Assembly (NCBI RefSeq): GCF_026210795.1
Contig: NC_089435.1
Location: forward strand, 4,774,001 to 4,838,000
DNA length: 64,000 nt
DNA from: Rhizophagus irregularis
Taxonomy: Eukaryota
Direction of reading: 5' to 3'
Shown: piece after piece, positions 25,461 through 39,161 of the stretch
Numbering within the stretch: the first letter of the stretch is position 1
Layout of the letters: every line of letters starts with the position of its first letter
The notes under the pieces: generated by a model
What the model was told of the DNA's origin: nothing
Seen by the model: the letters and a program-made list of their open reading frames with translations, nothing else
The model's database searches: none
Position numbers and translations under genes: made by a program

Positions 25461-27055
25461 CAGTCACCCCTCTCTACAGCGAACCTCGATATAGCGAATA
25501 ACATGATATAACGGATCATACAGTGTGGTACCGATTTTAAATATGAAAAAAACCTTGATATAACGAAGTTTACTATTTATTTACCATATAACGTAGTACG
25601 AAGTAAAGTGTGTGAATTTCTTATATAAAAATGCCTCTCGATATAACGGATTTTTTTTATAACGAATTTTTTTCAGTTATAACGAAGAATTTCTTTATAA
25701 TTAAATGTAATTATTAATAAATATTGATGCATTATGACATTAAATATCACCCCTGTGTTTTATATTTAAATTATGGATCAGGATTGTATCGGGATCGTAT
25801 CAGGATTAATAATTCTGGCTATTTTATTTAATATTTAGGCAGAATTACATTAATTTACATTAATTCGGTTGTATTAGGATTCGATGTGAATTGTTATTAA
25901 TTTATATTTATCAGAGGGGGTAAGGACACTCCTAGTTAAATTAATATATCATTAATAATTTATTTATTATATAGTCAGTTATTGTTAAACAGCATTCCTA
26001 CAAAAAAAAGGAATTATAATAAACATTTTTATATAGAACACTTCAGGAAGCATTCCCTATAATAAAAAAATAAAAAAGAACATTAGTAAATGTTCTTAAA
26101 CGAAATAAAAAAGAAAAAATTGAGTTGTCCCACTTACTTGCTTTGTTCTCGAGCGTTCATTTCGAAGTCCCCACAATAAAAAAAAATAAAAAAGAATATT
26201 AGTAAATGTTCTTAAACGAAATTAAAAGAAAAAATTGAGTTATTTTGCCATTCTTGTCTCGAGCGTCCATTTCGAAGTCCCCACAATAAAAAAATAAAAA
26301 AGAACATTAGTAAATGTTCTTAAACGAAATAAAAGAAAAAATTGAGTTGTCCCACTTACTTCTTGGTCCCAAGCGTCCATTTCGAAGTCTACAATAAAAA
26401 AAATAAAAGAAAAAAGCATTAGTAAATGTTCTTAAACGAAATTAATAAAAAAAATCGAGTTCCCCACTTACTTCTTGTTTCAAGCGTCATTTCGAAAGTC
26501 ACAATAAAAAAAAATAAAAAAGAACATTAGTAAATGTTCTTAAACGAAATTAATAAAAAAAATCGGGAGTTCCCCCACTTACTTCTTATGCTTAAGCGTC
26601 CATTTCGAAGTCCAGGAAGTTCCCTATAATAAAAAAATAAAAAAAGAACATTAGTAAATGTTCTTAAATAAAAAAAATTGAGTTCCCCACTTACTTCTCG
26701 TCTCAGGCATCCATTTCGAAGTCCAGGAAGTTTCCTACAATAAAAAAAATAAAAAAAGAACATTAGTAAATGTTTTTAAATGAAATTAATATAAAAAACC
26801 CCCCAGTTCCCACTTACTTCTCATTCTAGGCATCTATTTTGAAGTTTAGAAAGCACCCCTATAAAAAAAAGATTAAAAAAAATGTTAAATTATCGGTAAT
26901 CAGATCAACAAGTCACATGATCTGTATAACCGATATTCCTATACCGAAGAATTCATTATACAATACCGAATAATTCGTTATAGTGTTAACGAAGTTGCTT
27001 ATAACGAAGCCCTGATCAGCTGGAACCTAGGGTTCGTTATATCGAGAGGGGACTG
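25461..27055. mobile_element. Non-autonomous Tc1/mariner (pogo-like) element carrying a ~120-bp tandem array
   Basis: TA|cagtcacccctctc...gagaggggactg|TA ends; subterminal (g)atataacg(a/g)a repeats in both orientations. It interrupts an aaactaat-rich repeat that continues on both sides. Confidence 0.85.
26045..26862 (-). repeat. Array A: 7 x ~115-125-bp units with micro-exon/intron architecture
   Basis: Seven copies of the plus-strand palindrome aagaacattagtaaatgttctt. On the minus strand, six units have GTAAGT donors, there is a TACTAAT branch-like motif and T-tracts, and TAG acceptors are present in some units and mutated in others. Confidence 0.85.
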
Positions 27056-27752
27056 TATTATTAAACTAATTATTTTTATTTTAATCTTAAAATACTTTAA
27101 AACTAAATACTACTTTAAAGCTAATATTACTTTAAGTTAACATTAGTATTTTACTAGTATTATTTTATTTAATTATATATTTTGAGTAAATTCTAAAAAA
27201 TAGATATTTTTGATTTCTTTTTCAGTTTTTCTATAAGATAAATTTATACGAAAGAAAAAAATAAATAAAATTATTTATAGGGTTTTGTATTCAATATTAA
27301 AGAAAAAAAATAAAAAAATCTAAATAAAAAAAAGTAGGTAAATATGAAAAATACAAATTAATGATAATTAAAAAGTTTAAATTATACAACTATTATATTA
27401 AATTACATAATTTATATAATTTAAGATTACTTGCCAATTCTTTCCAAAATTTTATGTCCAAGATTTTACCATAGTTTTATTATAATTTTGCAAAATTTTA
27501 GCAGTTTCAGTATTTATAGTAAATTTCATTAGATTTTACTTTTTTTTAGAGTTTCGCCAACTTTTTAATATAGTTTCAGTAGGACTCCGCTTAAGATTGC
27601 AATTTTTTTTAATTTTAAGTACTATCTAATTTTAAATACCATTATAACTTTAGTAAAAAAATATATATAATGAAATTATAATAAAAATACTTTTAAATTT
27701 AAATATTAATTGATGTTTAAAATTAAAAGAATATAGTAATGAAAAAATGTAT

Positions 27753-28067
27753 TTGTAACAGCCTGTTACATATCTTATTTGTAACATCCTTTTTTTATTT
27801 TTTTTTAATAATAAATTTAATATATGTTTCACAAATAAAATTTTTATATGCAAAATTTAATTTGGAAAACTTTTACTTAATGTACTTAAAACAGTTTCAT
27901 AGACAAAATTTTAAGTTATAAGCAGTTTCTTGAAATTTTTTAAAAAATTCTTTTGTTTTAGTTACACAACTGATCTTTTGTTTTTGTTTACATTACGCCT
28001 GATCTTAAATTTTAATTGGATAAAATTGGGAGTTGTTACAAATAAGACGCGTAACAGGCTGTTACAA
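27753..28067. repeat. Inverted repeat pair, probable decayed MITE core
   Basis: ttgtaacagcctgttacatatcttatttgtaac (27753) is mirrored by gttacaaataagacgcgtaacaggctgttacaa (ending ~28067). Confidence 0.65.
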
Positions 28068-28299
28068 TTAGATTTATCCTATAGTAATAATAAAAGTAAA
28101 ATGATTTTTATTTCTAATAAATTTTATCTTTAATAAATATTAATACTTTATAATTTAATTTTTTATTTAGATTTGCAAAAAAAATTAAAATTAAAAGTTA
28201 AAATCAAAATATTTTAGTTTTAAAAGTCTAAATTAAAATTAAAATCAAAATTAGTTAAAATTATATAATATTATATAATTTAAATAATTATAAAATATT

Positions 28300-28600
28300 T
28301 TTTTAGAAGTATTTGTTAGTGAATTTTACAATATCATCTGGCAACCACATTGTAAGGCAGTAGCAGAATGGGAACATACTAAAGACATAAAAAAACAAGA
28401 TTTAAGGAAAAGGCCATTAGCATATCAACGCATTGCATACAAACGGATTCTAACTATACAAACAGAAGAGGGCACGTTTGACTTGGAAAAAAGGAAAATG
28501 TTGAAACATAATGAACAATGGTCAATAGCATTAGAAAAAACAAAACAATACATTAATCAATTTATTAGAGAAGGAAACAGGGTACTTTGGAAGGTATATA
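28300..28600 (+). pseudogene. Coding-like remnant, possibly the 3' end of a non-LTR retrotransposon ORF
   Basis: GC-richer island reading ...IIWQPHCKAVAEWEHTKDIKKQDLRKRP..., with no start and AT-rich flanks. The family assignment rests on recollected similarity only. Confidence 0.35.
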
Positions 28601-29625
28601 ATAATACAAAATATACAAATATAATATAACCTTTCTTTTTTTTTTTATCTAGAGGGTTTTACTTAAGTCTTATGAAATAGTGATCCTATATAATTTAATA
28701 GCTACTATTGAAGAATATAGGTGAATTTCATAAGGTAATGGTAAGGCACAAAAGCAATTTTTTGGATAGGGAACTGGTTTTGAATTTTAATAAATTAGTT
28801 ATATAACAGATGTTTTTTTATATTCTTACATATAATTAATAAACTTACAAATTGCACTACCTTGGCTAAAAAAAAAAAAAATAATTATAAAATAATAAAA
28901 TTTTAAATTACAATAATTTATCAATATTAAATTTATTTGAATTAATATTAAAACTATAAATATATTATTTAAAATTTTAAATTCTTTTAATAAATAAATT
29001 AAATGATATAAAAATTATTAAAATCTAATCACTAAATACTAAAATTATAAATAAAATGTCTAAATATTTTAGTAAAAATAAAATAATTAATATAAATACT
29101 ATTAGTATACTTTTATTCATTTTAATTAAAATTTTTAAATAAGTTATAAATTATTAAATTCTGATTATTAAATGTTAAAATATCCTTAAAATATCTTTAT
29201 TATTAAATTTTAACCATTTTGATTTTTGAAAAGTATTTTAATAAATTTAATAAATATAAAACAAATTTATATCTATTAATTCATTTATCAAAGAAATCCT
29301 GTACCTTTTGTTATTCAAATAAATTCCATATGTATTTTATTAATAAATCATTTATCTATTTATAGTAAGTATATAAAAAACTCTTAATCTATGACTTTAT
29401 AAGTAATTTAAACTATATTATTTTGTAAAAAAAAATAATTAGTATAATAATTATATTAAATTTAATATATAATGGAATATTATATAATTTTAAATTCAAT
29501 AATTTTATATATAAATTATTTTATTTTATAAAAAAAAATATAAGTATTTTTATATAACAATATATATATATATATTTAAAAAATATTATTTTATAATTAT
29601 AAAATATATTTTTATATAAAAAATA

Positions 29626-29909
29626 GGGATTAAAATTTGAACGCACCTGTGTTTTAAATGCATCCCTCTATTTTGGAAATTTTTATATAATAAAAATGCT
29701 GATCATTTTATCATGTGATACCGGCGAATTTCTGATTTTTTTGAATAAACACAATTTATACCTTATACACTTATAAATAAACTCATATTATATGTGTATT
29801 TTGCCTCCTCTACAACTTTACTTACTATGACAAAGGGGGTTTAAAACTTCATTTTTGACTTATACCATGGGAGTGCATTCAAATGCAGGTGCGTTTAAAT
29901 TTTAAACCC
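29626..29909. mobile_element. MITE with ~40-bp TIRs, TA-flanked
   Basis: ta|gggattaaaatttgaacgcacctg...caggtgcgtttaaattttaaaccc|ta. Confidence 0.8.
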
Positions 29910-30017
29910 TAAAAAATAAATAATATGAAATTTAATATTTTTTAAAAAAATAATTTTTTTTTAATTTAACAAAAAAGTTTTGATATTTATATAAATAATT
30001 AATAAAAAATAAAAGAA

Positions 30018-30278
30018 AATTTCTAAGTTTACACGGGATGTTTGTACACAGGTCATATAAATATAATTTTTAATAAACTAATTTTTTGTTTTTTAATTTG
30101 AAATTGAATGCTACCAACATTATACTCTTTTACTTTTTATTCTTATTATATTACAAATAAATATATATATTTTCACCTGCTCTGCAAGTTTACTTAAGAC
30201 ATTAAAGAAGGTTTTGAATGCCATTTTTAATCTACTAATATGACCTGTGTTTAAACACCCCGTGTATAAATAGAAATT
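30018..30278. mobile_element. MITE with ~40-bp imperfect TIRs
   Basis: aatttctaagtttacacgggatgtttgtacacaggtcatat...atatgacctgtgtttaaacaccccgtgtataaatagaaatt. A related solo end lies at ~22335-22377. Confidence 0.75.
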
Positions 30279-33002
30279 GCCAAAATAAAAATATATAATT
30301 TTAAAATAAGCAATTTTTTAAAAATTATATTAAGTATAATTTAGTATACTTATAACACTTATAAGGTATATTTGCTGTTTGGATAGAGTGCAAATTATTT
30401 ATTATAGGTTTGATTCTTATAATTTTTCCTTTAAATAAAAAGCATTGCTTTCTTTAAGTATAATAATAAAAATTCTAATATTTTTAAAAGAATTTTTCTA
30501 ACTATCACCGGGATGATGATCACTGATGACTGAAATTATGACGATCGACTAGCATTAAAAAAATAGAGTGCTGGTAAAATTTGATAATTCTTTTTTAAAT
30601 TTTATGTTATTTTTATATTTTCAATACTAAAATTTTTTTTTAATTTTCTTTAAATAAGCAAATATTTTTTGAATTTATTACAAATTTTTTTTATATAAAT
30701 TTGTATTAAAAAATTTCTAATATTAAAAATTCAATATTTAAATTTAAACTGGTATTATAAGTTAAATTATAATAATTAAAAACCAATAAGAGATTATTTT
30801 ATATATTTTAAATATATATGTTTTATTCTTAAAAAAATAATAAATACTGTAAATTATTAACAAATATTTGATTAGGGTAATATTTTTTTTTAAAAAAAAT
30901 AGGATAGGATTTCTAACTTTAAATTTAGTATTAATGATTTCCAGAATATTGCATAATTATTTTTATTCTATAAATAAATGCACACCATCTTCAGTTAATT
31001 TTAAGTAACTAAAAAGATGACCTTTCATTAAGAAAGTAATCTGGATAAATCATATAATTAGAATTAATTATTAGGCAAAATTATTTATTAAATGGGAACG
31101 ATAAGTATCAATGAGCTCATAATGATGAATTTCAAAATAACTAGGAAGTGGAGGATTTAATGTAACTATATCGGTTTAGACGCACCTATGAATTTTACAT
31201 CAATTTAATTAGTTAAAAATTAAAAAAAAAAAGTTACGTGCTGTTACGTAACAATACATACATTTAGTCATAAATTGAATTGTTTGCGTACTTTTATATC
31301 CGGAAATTTTAATGAATTCTTACAATTTTAACCCTCTTTGTAATTTATAACTTCGATGTGATGACTAAAAAATAATCCAAATCTGGTTATTAACTTTGGC
31401 TATCTTTAAAATAACTTGTTTGAGGCTTTTTATTTTCCCATTTGGTTATATATGACTACTTTTTTTCTTTACAAATAAAATTAGAAATTTAATGTATATC
31501 GGACTCGAAATGATCAATCGGAAAACAATATGAATTTTCCTAGGGAAAAAAAAAGAATTCTTTTTTTTTAACCAAAATTAGTGAGATCCCGGATTTCTCA
31601 CAAAGCCCCATTCTTATTATATAATAAAAGAAAAAAGTCACAAATACAATACCAAACTAAGCCAAACTAAGTCACATTTGTAAAATCATTTAATTCATAC
31701 TAAGCCGGATTTTCTCCCCATTTGTAATTTTAAAAAAATAATTAGTTTAGAATCTAAACTGAAAACATTTTGGGCTTTAAATTCGATGATTCATACAAAA
31801 GTATACAAATTATATCAATGATACCATAAAAAAAAAATATGTACATAATCTTTTAGATCATCATATTGATGAATGAATGGGATGATCAAGTCGAAAGATT
31901 TATGCAGAATTTGTAAGTGAACGAGCTACATAAAAAATTGTTCTGAATATTCAAAGAGAAAAAATCAAAAGTAAGCGTTAAAATCATAATAAATGTGATT
32001 AAAAAATTCTTAGAATTTAATAAAAAAAAAGTATTATTTATAAGAAAAAAAACCCCCCAATTCACCATTCGGTCACACAATTGAATCACATGATTTTAGA
32101 CGGTTTGATTGTCGATCGCAACCCTAATTACGAATTATCCATGTTCAATTATGGTCCCAGTCCACAATCAATCTAAAAATGAGAAGGGAACTTAAATATA
32201 AATATTTTTTAAAAAAATTGCATTCTCCAAAATGAAAATTCCATTTGGAAAATGGCCCACTAACTAAAATCGAATGATCATTTATGTCATTATTGTTCTA
32301 AAAAAAGGTTCAATTAAAGTTCAGAAATTTTTTCTCATTGTGTTTACAAATAAATACAAAAAGTCATGCGAACAAGATTATTTATGTGACACAACTCTTT
32401 TGGCACATTTTTGTAAATTTGTGCAATATTTACATATAACACTACATATTTTACCATTTAATGATTATATTATTTATCGTCATAAAAACATGAGATTGAT
32501 AGAAAAAAAAAGGCAGTGGAGGCTTAGTATGATATATAAGGTGGCTTTGTTCCCGATATATTAAGCCATTTATGTTGTTAAATAATCGATTCATTAAATA
32601 TATACTGATAAATCCATAAAGGGAAAAGATCAATCAAGATCAATCAAAGATCAATTAACAGTAAATTTAAAAAAATATACACTTATTCTAAAATTTCCTT
32701 TCATGTAGGCAAAAAGTAATAATAAATTTTATTTATTTATTTTTTTTTTTTTTACGTATCAATTTCATTTTAAAAATAAACTTAATCGAAAAAATCTTTC
32801 GCGTCTCTTCTACTAAATTCTCATAAAACGCGTAAAAAGTACAGGTAATATAGTTACATTTATAATAAGCTCCCGACTTTTATTTCAATTAGAACTTCCC
32901 AACCTTAATTTTTATAACATCGAATATAATAATAATAATAATATATATATTTTTTTTGTATATAAGCAAGTAGTGGGAAAATTATTAAAGGGTTATATTA
33001 AT

Positions 33003-33630
33003 TTAAGCAAATATAGCACCAAGAATTACAGCTGCGAATGAAACTCCGACTTCGGCTTTAAGACTGTTTCCGGCTCCTGTTGCTGATTTGGCAGGTGTGC
33101 TTCCTGATGCTCCTGCTGGAGCAACTGATGTACCTGTTCCTCCACCTGGAGTAGGTGCGGCTGTTTTCGCTGGTGATGGTGCTGCTCCTTCTGGTGGTGG
33201 TCCTGCTGGTGCTCCTCCTGCTGGTGGTGCTCCTCCTGCTGGCGGAGCTACTTTACCCTTAGCATCACCTCCTGCATCTTTGGGTGCATCTTTGGGTGCA
33301 TCTTTGGGTGCTCCTTTGGCTCCATCTTTAGGTGCTCCATCTTTGGGTGCTCCATCTTTGGGTGCTCCATCTTTGGGTGCTCCATCTTTAGGTGCTCCAT
33401 CTTTGGGTGCTCCATCTTTAGGTGCTCCATCTGGTGGTGGTGCTCCTGGTGCTGGTGCTGGTGCTCCTGGTGCTCCTCCTGGTCCCCTATTATCACAATA
33501 CAAGAAGTTTATTTTATCTATTCAGTCATTAAAATTTTTTTCTTTAGGAAAAAACTTACTGTGCAGCAACGCAGGCAATCAATACGGTGAGAACAATAAG
33601 AAGAAAGAAGATACGATTATTAAATTTCAT
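33003..33630 (-). CDS. AGL: GPI-anchored arabinogalactan-protein-like (AGL) protein with APKDG repeats; 2 exons
   Basis: Exon 1 (33630-33560) is the signal peptide MKFNNRIFFLLIVLTVLIACVAAQ. After a GTAAGT..TAG intron, exon 2 encodes GPGGAP...(APKDG)x7...SATGAGNSLKAEVGVSFAAVILGAIFA* (GPI-type C-terminus). Confidence 0.92.
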
Positions 33631-34776
33631 TTTATAATTTGATGAAGGTTATCAGAAAAGAGATAATTGGAAAGAAAAGGAAAAAGGGCTCATATTTATT
33701 AGTTTTTTTTTTCGAATATTTGTTTATATCCATATTTCCTTTTTACGGAAACATCTCCGGGATACATTTTTGAAACGTTACACTTCATTTACTTGTTGGC
33801 GTTAAAATAACGCTTTTTGGCAAAAACTGGTGGCTATACTTGTGCGTTTTAAATTCATTTATTATACAATGGTATCATTACACAAAAAAATCGGGTCCAA
33901 CAAAAAATATTCATATTTTATTTTTAGATTTTATTTAAATTTTTGTAGATCATTTTTAAGTTATTAATTAGTTTATATATATATATATTTGTTATAAATA
34001 AAAGGTTATCAAAATTAACGCCACTGAAATAATAAATTGTATTCTATATTTTTATGAAATGATTTTTTTATAATTTACCGTATATAACTTTAAAGACAAA
34101 AAGTGTACATGAATGCAACCGCATGGAGACATTCCCTCATCACTATGAGAGGTACTCACTAGGCAGTGTAGCAAAAATTATGATTGGAGTTGCGAATTGT
34201 GTCATGTGTATTTTAATAAACTAATAGGAAGCCGGTGTGTAATTTTCAAAAATAAATAGGAGAGAATTTGTGTTTCCGTGCAATTAGATTGTTTGACATT
34301 TTAGTATATACTGTTATATTGTGGGATTGTGGGATGACTATAGTTAATAATTCAATTCAGATATTCACAAATGAATATCAGACGATCAGAATCGGTTTAA
34401 CACATAACTGGCCAACTTCAGATTTTATTATGTACTCCATAATTCAACATTGCATGTTTTGTCACCGTTAACAACTGAGAATATTAATTTGATGGTTATG
34501 CTAACGAATAAATGCTAGATTATGTTCGTAAAGATGTGATCAAATAGTCATCTATTTACCATTCGGAATTTCGGATAAAAAAAAAATTGACCCAAAACAT
34601 TTGTGGAATTTATATTAAGAGAAAAAAATCTCTCGTTTTTTTTTTGATTTTTTCGTAAAACGCGGTATTAAAGAATTATCATATATCGATTTTTCAATTA
34701 ATTAAATCACGATTTTACTTTGGCAATTAACCTTGCTTTGGAACTAAATGACCCAATAAAAAATCATAGAAATTGA

Positions 34777-35133
34777 TCACACGTCATCGTTCGCTGTTTG
34801 TGGTATGATTGATGATGTTTCTGCTGGTGGTGGTGGTGCTGGATCTGGTGGTGGAGCGCCTTCTGCTGGTGGGCCAACTGCCTTGCCTTTAGCTTTAGGT
34901 TCCTCTCCTTTAGGTGCTTCTTTACCTTTAGGTGCTTTACCTTTGGGTGCTCTGGGTGCTTTCCCATCACCTCCCGGCTCCCGGTGGTGGTGCTCCTCCT
35001 GCTGGTGGTACTGGGTTCTCCTGGTCCCCTATTAGAGACGTATACTGTATTTATTTATTTATTTATTTATTTATCCATCAATCAACACAATGAGAACAAT
35101 AAGAATAAAGATTATAATTTTATTGAATTTCAT
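34777..35133 (-). pseudogene. AGL pseudogene
   Basis: Starts MKFNKIIIFILIVLIVLIDG*. The end of exon 1 and the splice donor are missing, the acceptor aatag|gggacc is retained, there are two frameshifts early in exon 2, it has APKGK-type repeats and it lacks the GPI signal. Confidence 0.8.
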
Positions 35134-36807
35134 TTCTTATAATTTATGTCGGTTATAAAATGAAAAAAAGATCTCGTATTTATTAAAATTTTTTTATGTT
35201 TCTTTTTTTTTACGGAAACATCACTGGGACACATTTCGAAATAAAATAAACGGCTTGCAATGATATCGTTACATAAAAAATCAGGAAGGGGCTTGTTTTT
35301 TTATTTAATTTATTAGATATTTTTAGTCATAACAGATATTCATCCAAATAAAAATTTAAATTTAATTATATTTTGTTATAAATAATATGTTTGAAACGCC
35401 CACTTGAAATTTTGTAAATAACAAATTGCATATTAAGAGACTTAAATATTCAAATCATAATTTTATTTATTATTAAAAAAAGGGGGGTTTTGAAATAAAA
35501 GTAATCTCTAACCATAAAACAGCCAACCAGTTTTCTAATTCCAGAAAATGCTCAAATATTTATCTTAAAGATAATATCTAAAAATAAAACAAAAACAAAA
35601 CAAGGTAAAAATAAACGCGACGACATTGGAAATTATTTTGAAGTCAGATAGCCAATATGTTAAAAAAAATGACCGCTTAGAATCGATATTCGTTAAATCG
35701 ATTCCAGATAAAAAAACATACAAATGATCTTGTTAAAAAAAATTGTGAAAAATATGAAAAATAAAATTATGAAAATATCTGTTTCCAGTTAATCTAACTC
35801 CGCCGGTGGCCGATTGTCATTACTCTGGCCTGGTGGGACATCAAAGAAGAAAAAATAAAAAAAAACAAAGTAAATTTAGTCGCTTGGAGGAGACAATTCT
35901 TTACTAAGCAATGTAGCAGAAAATAGAATTTATAATAATACGCGGGAATCATACGTATTTTAGTAAACAAAAAATAAAGAGATTGACATTTTAATTATAT
36001 GAGATACATATAAAGTGCATCACAAATAGGGATGTAAAATTTACCGTAATTTATAAATTTTATTGTTACGTTACGGTAATTTTCTATGTTACGTTACATT
36101 ATGTTATTGTAACATAAAATTTTTTTTTAATCAAAATCTGAAGAAACAATAAATTCCAATAAAAAAATGATATAAATATAAATACTGTAATTCTAAATGA
36201 ACAAAAATGCGACAAGATTGCAGGAATATGTTAAAACTTGTATGATAAGATCATAAAAAAAGTTGAATCCGAAACTGTAAAACATGATAATGAGCCACTT
36301 TTTATTTGTTAATGTTTGTTATAAATTATAAACTTGGCCAAGATTAAGGTAATACTGGCTGAATTATCTTAATTCTGGTAAACATATCAATACATATCAA
36401 TGTAATGGTGTTACATAGATTTCAGGCCGAAATTGATTTTATTATATGAATTAATTTTATCGTAATACGATTGATAAACTAAAGCGCGGGTATTAGGGAA
36501 TTATTATATAAGAAAACAAGAGAAAATGAAAATACGAAAAAAAAAATCCTTTTATTATTATTATTATTCACGCGATAAAGTTGAATTAAAATTAACAAAT
36601 TATTATACTATTTTCCAACCCATAATTATTAACCAAAAAAAAAGATCTATTGTTTGGTAACTAAGTAAAATCTAATGTTCGAAATTTTTTTATTTCGATC
36701 ACGACGCTATTATTATCTATTTTTAAACACAGTACAGATCATAGTATTTATAATGTCTATAATTACTACAAAGAAAAATATTATAGATGATAGAATTATT
36801 AATTAGT

Positions 36808-37344
36808 TTAAGCGAGGATAGCACCAAGAACGGCAATAGCAACGAATGAAACTCCAATTTCAGATTTAAGAGAATTTCCGGATCCTGTTGCTGTTGTTCC
36901 TGGTGATGATTTTGGTGCGGCAGCAGTCCCGCTTGATGTTGATGGTGTTGCTGCCGGTGGTGATGCCGAACCTGATGGTGTTACTCCTGGTGGACCTCCT
37001 GCTGGTGGAGTGCCTGGGGCAGCTTTTCCTGCATCGCCTGCTGGAGCTTTACCGCCAGCTGGAGCGCCTCCTGGTGCTGGAGCTGGAGCTTTTCCGCCTG
37101 GTGCTGGTGCTGGTGCTTTTCCCGCGTCACCTCCTGGTGCTGCTGGAGCTTTTCCGTCGCCTCCTGGTGCTGGTGCCCCTGGTACCCTATTATCACAAAT
37201 ATGAGGATTTATTTATTCAATCATTATTAATTTTTTTATTTATTATTTTTTTTTTCATGGGAAAAAAACTTACTGTGCAGCAACGCAGGCAATCAATACA
37301 ATGAGAACAGCAAGAAGAAAGAGGATGCGTTTATTGAATTTCAT
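36808..37344 (-). CDS. AGL: GPI-anchored AGL protein (GGDGKAPA/APAPGG repeats); 2 exons
   Basis: MKFNKRILFLLAVLIVLIACVAAQ|VPGAPAPGGDGKAPAAPGGDAGK...ATGSGNSLKSEIGVSFVAIAVLGAILA*; same intron position as its paralogs. Confidence 0.9.
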
Positions 37345-39161
37345 TTTTTATAATTTTAAGTGGGTTAATGAACAGAGATGGTTGAAAAAAAGAAGAAAAA
37401 GGTCTCGTATTTATTAGATTTTTAACGGAAACTTCTCCGGGACACATTTGCCGGTTGGCGGTAAAAAAAGTAACGCTTTTTAGTAAAAACTGTATTAATC
37501 ATTACACAAAAAAAATTAAGGGATATTTATTTTTAGATGTTTATTATTCTGAAATGAATTTTTTAAGCTAGATCATAAATAAAAATTTACCCGACGAAAA
37601 TATTTGATATAAATAAAAGACCATAAAAAAAAGAAACTTTATTATAAACGAACGCCTATTGTTAAGGTTCGTAAATAATAATAAATTGCATATTATTAGA
37701 TATTATTAGAAACCCAAGGATCAATATTAGAAATCTTGTAAATTTTAATTTAATTTATTTTTGACTTTTTTTTTCAGATTAATAAGATTAATTATATATA
37801 GCAAATTTTAAGTTGTTCAAAAAAAAATGATTGAAAAAATAAAAACTGTGAAAATGTCCTTTTCTAGCTAGTTTAATTCTGTTATTGGATTATGATTCAT
37901 CCGGTTATCCATCCGGTTAATTTTTTGAATGAATATTACAAATAGATAAATCTTAAGAATTATTCGCCGCAGATGATTTTTATGATGCCATAATTGCATT
38001 TAACTATTACATTATTATGTTAAAGTTTCGGAAATTTATGATTATTCGGATCCTCAAAATTTCCAACGAGTTATTCTCTATTGTCCATAGAGTGCACAAA
38101 ATTAAGTTTGAATATTCATTCGGATTAATATTATCCGTTTTTTTACCTTCTATTTGGGAAATAAAATACTTTTTTTTTCTTTACAGTTATATACAGTGTT
38201 TATATCCGAGTTTGTCCTATCCTGTTATATTGGCAGATATCCAGTATTAATAAGATATCGCATATAGATTATATGACCTAAAGGATATCCAGATATTATT
38301 GTATCTAATCAAACGGATGTTCTATTAGGCCTTCATAAATTCCTAATGCCGAACATACCTGCCAAAATTAACCGTAATTCCGGCAGAAATGGTATAATGC
38401 TAATATTCATACCAGAAAATCATTGAAATTAGAATTTACTTTTTATTAGTAATTTTATTATTGTGAGGAGCAAGTGACCGTTAAACATCCGCCAAAATGA
38501 CGGATTTAACCAAAAAAATTTTTGGTGGTTATCCGGATATAAAAATTCTTAGCAGTAAACTTAACCGGATACAATCAAAATAATTATTACTAAAAAAACA
38601 ATTGATCCAAGTGGTGGCGCGAACAAATTTTGGTGTGATCAAAATAATTATAAAACAATTGATCCAAGAGGTGACGCGAACAAATTTTGGAATTTACAGT
38701 AGATTAAGCGAAAAATTTTCGCGGTTTATCTTTATCTGTGTTAATGGTAAATTTTGTTGAATATTTTTGTTCAAAAGCTTAGGGCTTGGTTAAAAGGATT
38801 TCGATCAAAACACAGTTTAAGTCATTATGTTAATTTTATCACGTAATACGTTTTTAAACTTTAAAAAAAATTAAATCTTAACTTTCATAAGACGCAGTAT
38901 TAGAGAATTATTCAAAAAAAAAATTTTCGTTGCAAATTATTATTATTATTCAAGCAAAAAAGGTTTAATTTTTTTATTTAATTTGACATTAACGCACGCT
39001 TCAACCCACCAAAAAAAACCTTATATATATTAATCTATTTTTTATTTTCCGTCACAGCAATATTATTAATTATTATTAAATATAAATATTATTTATAATT
39101 TCTATATAATTTTATAATAAAAATGTTCTTTTTGATGTTTTGATGATAAATTATTAATTAA

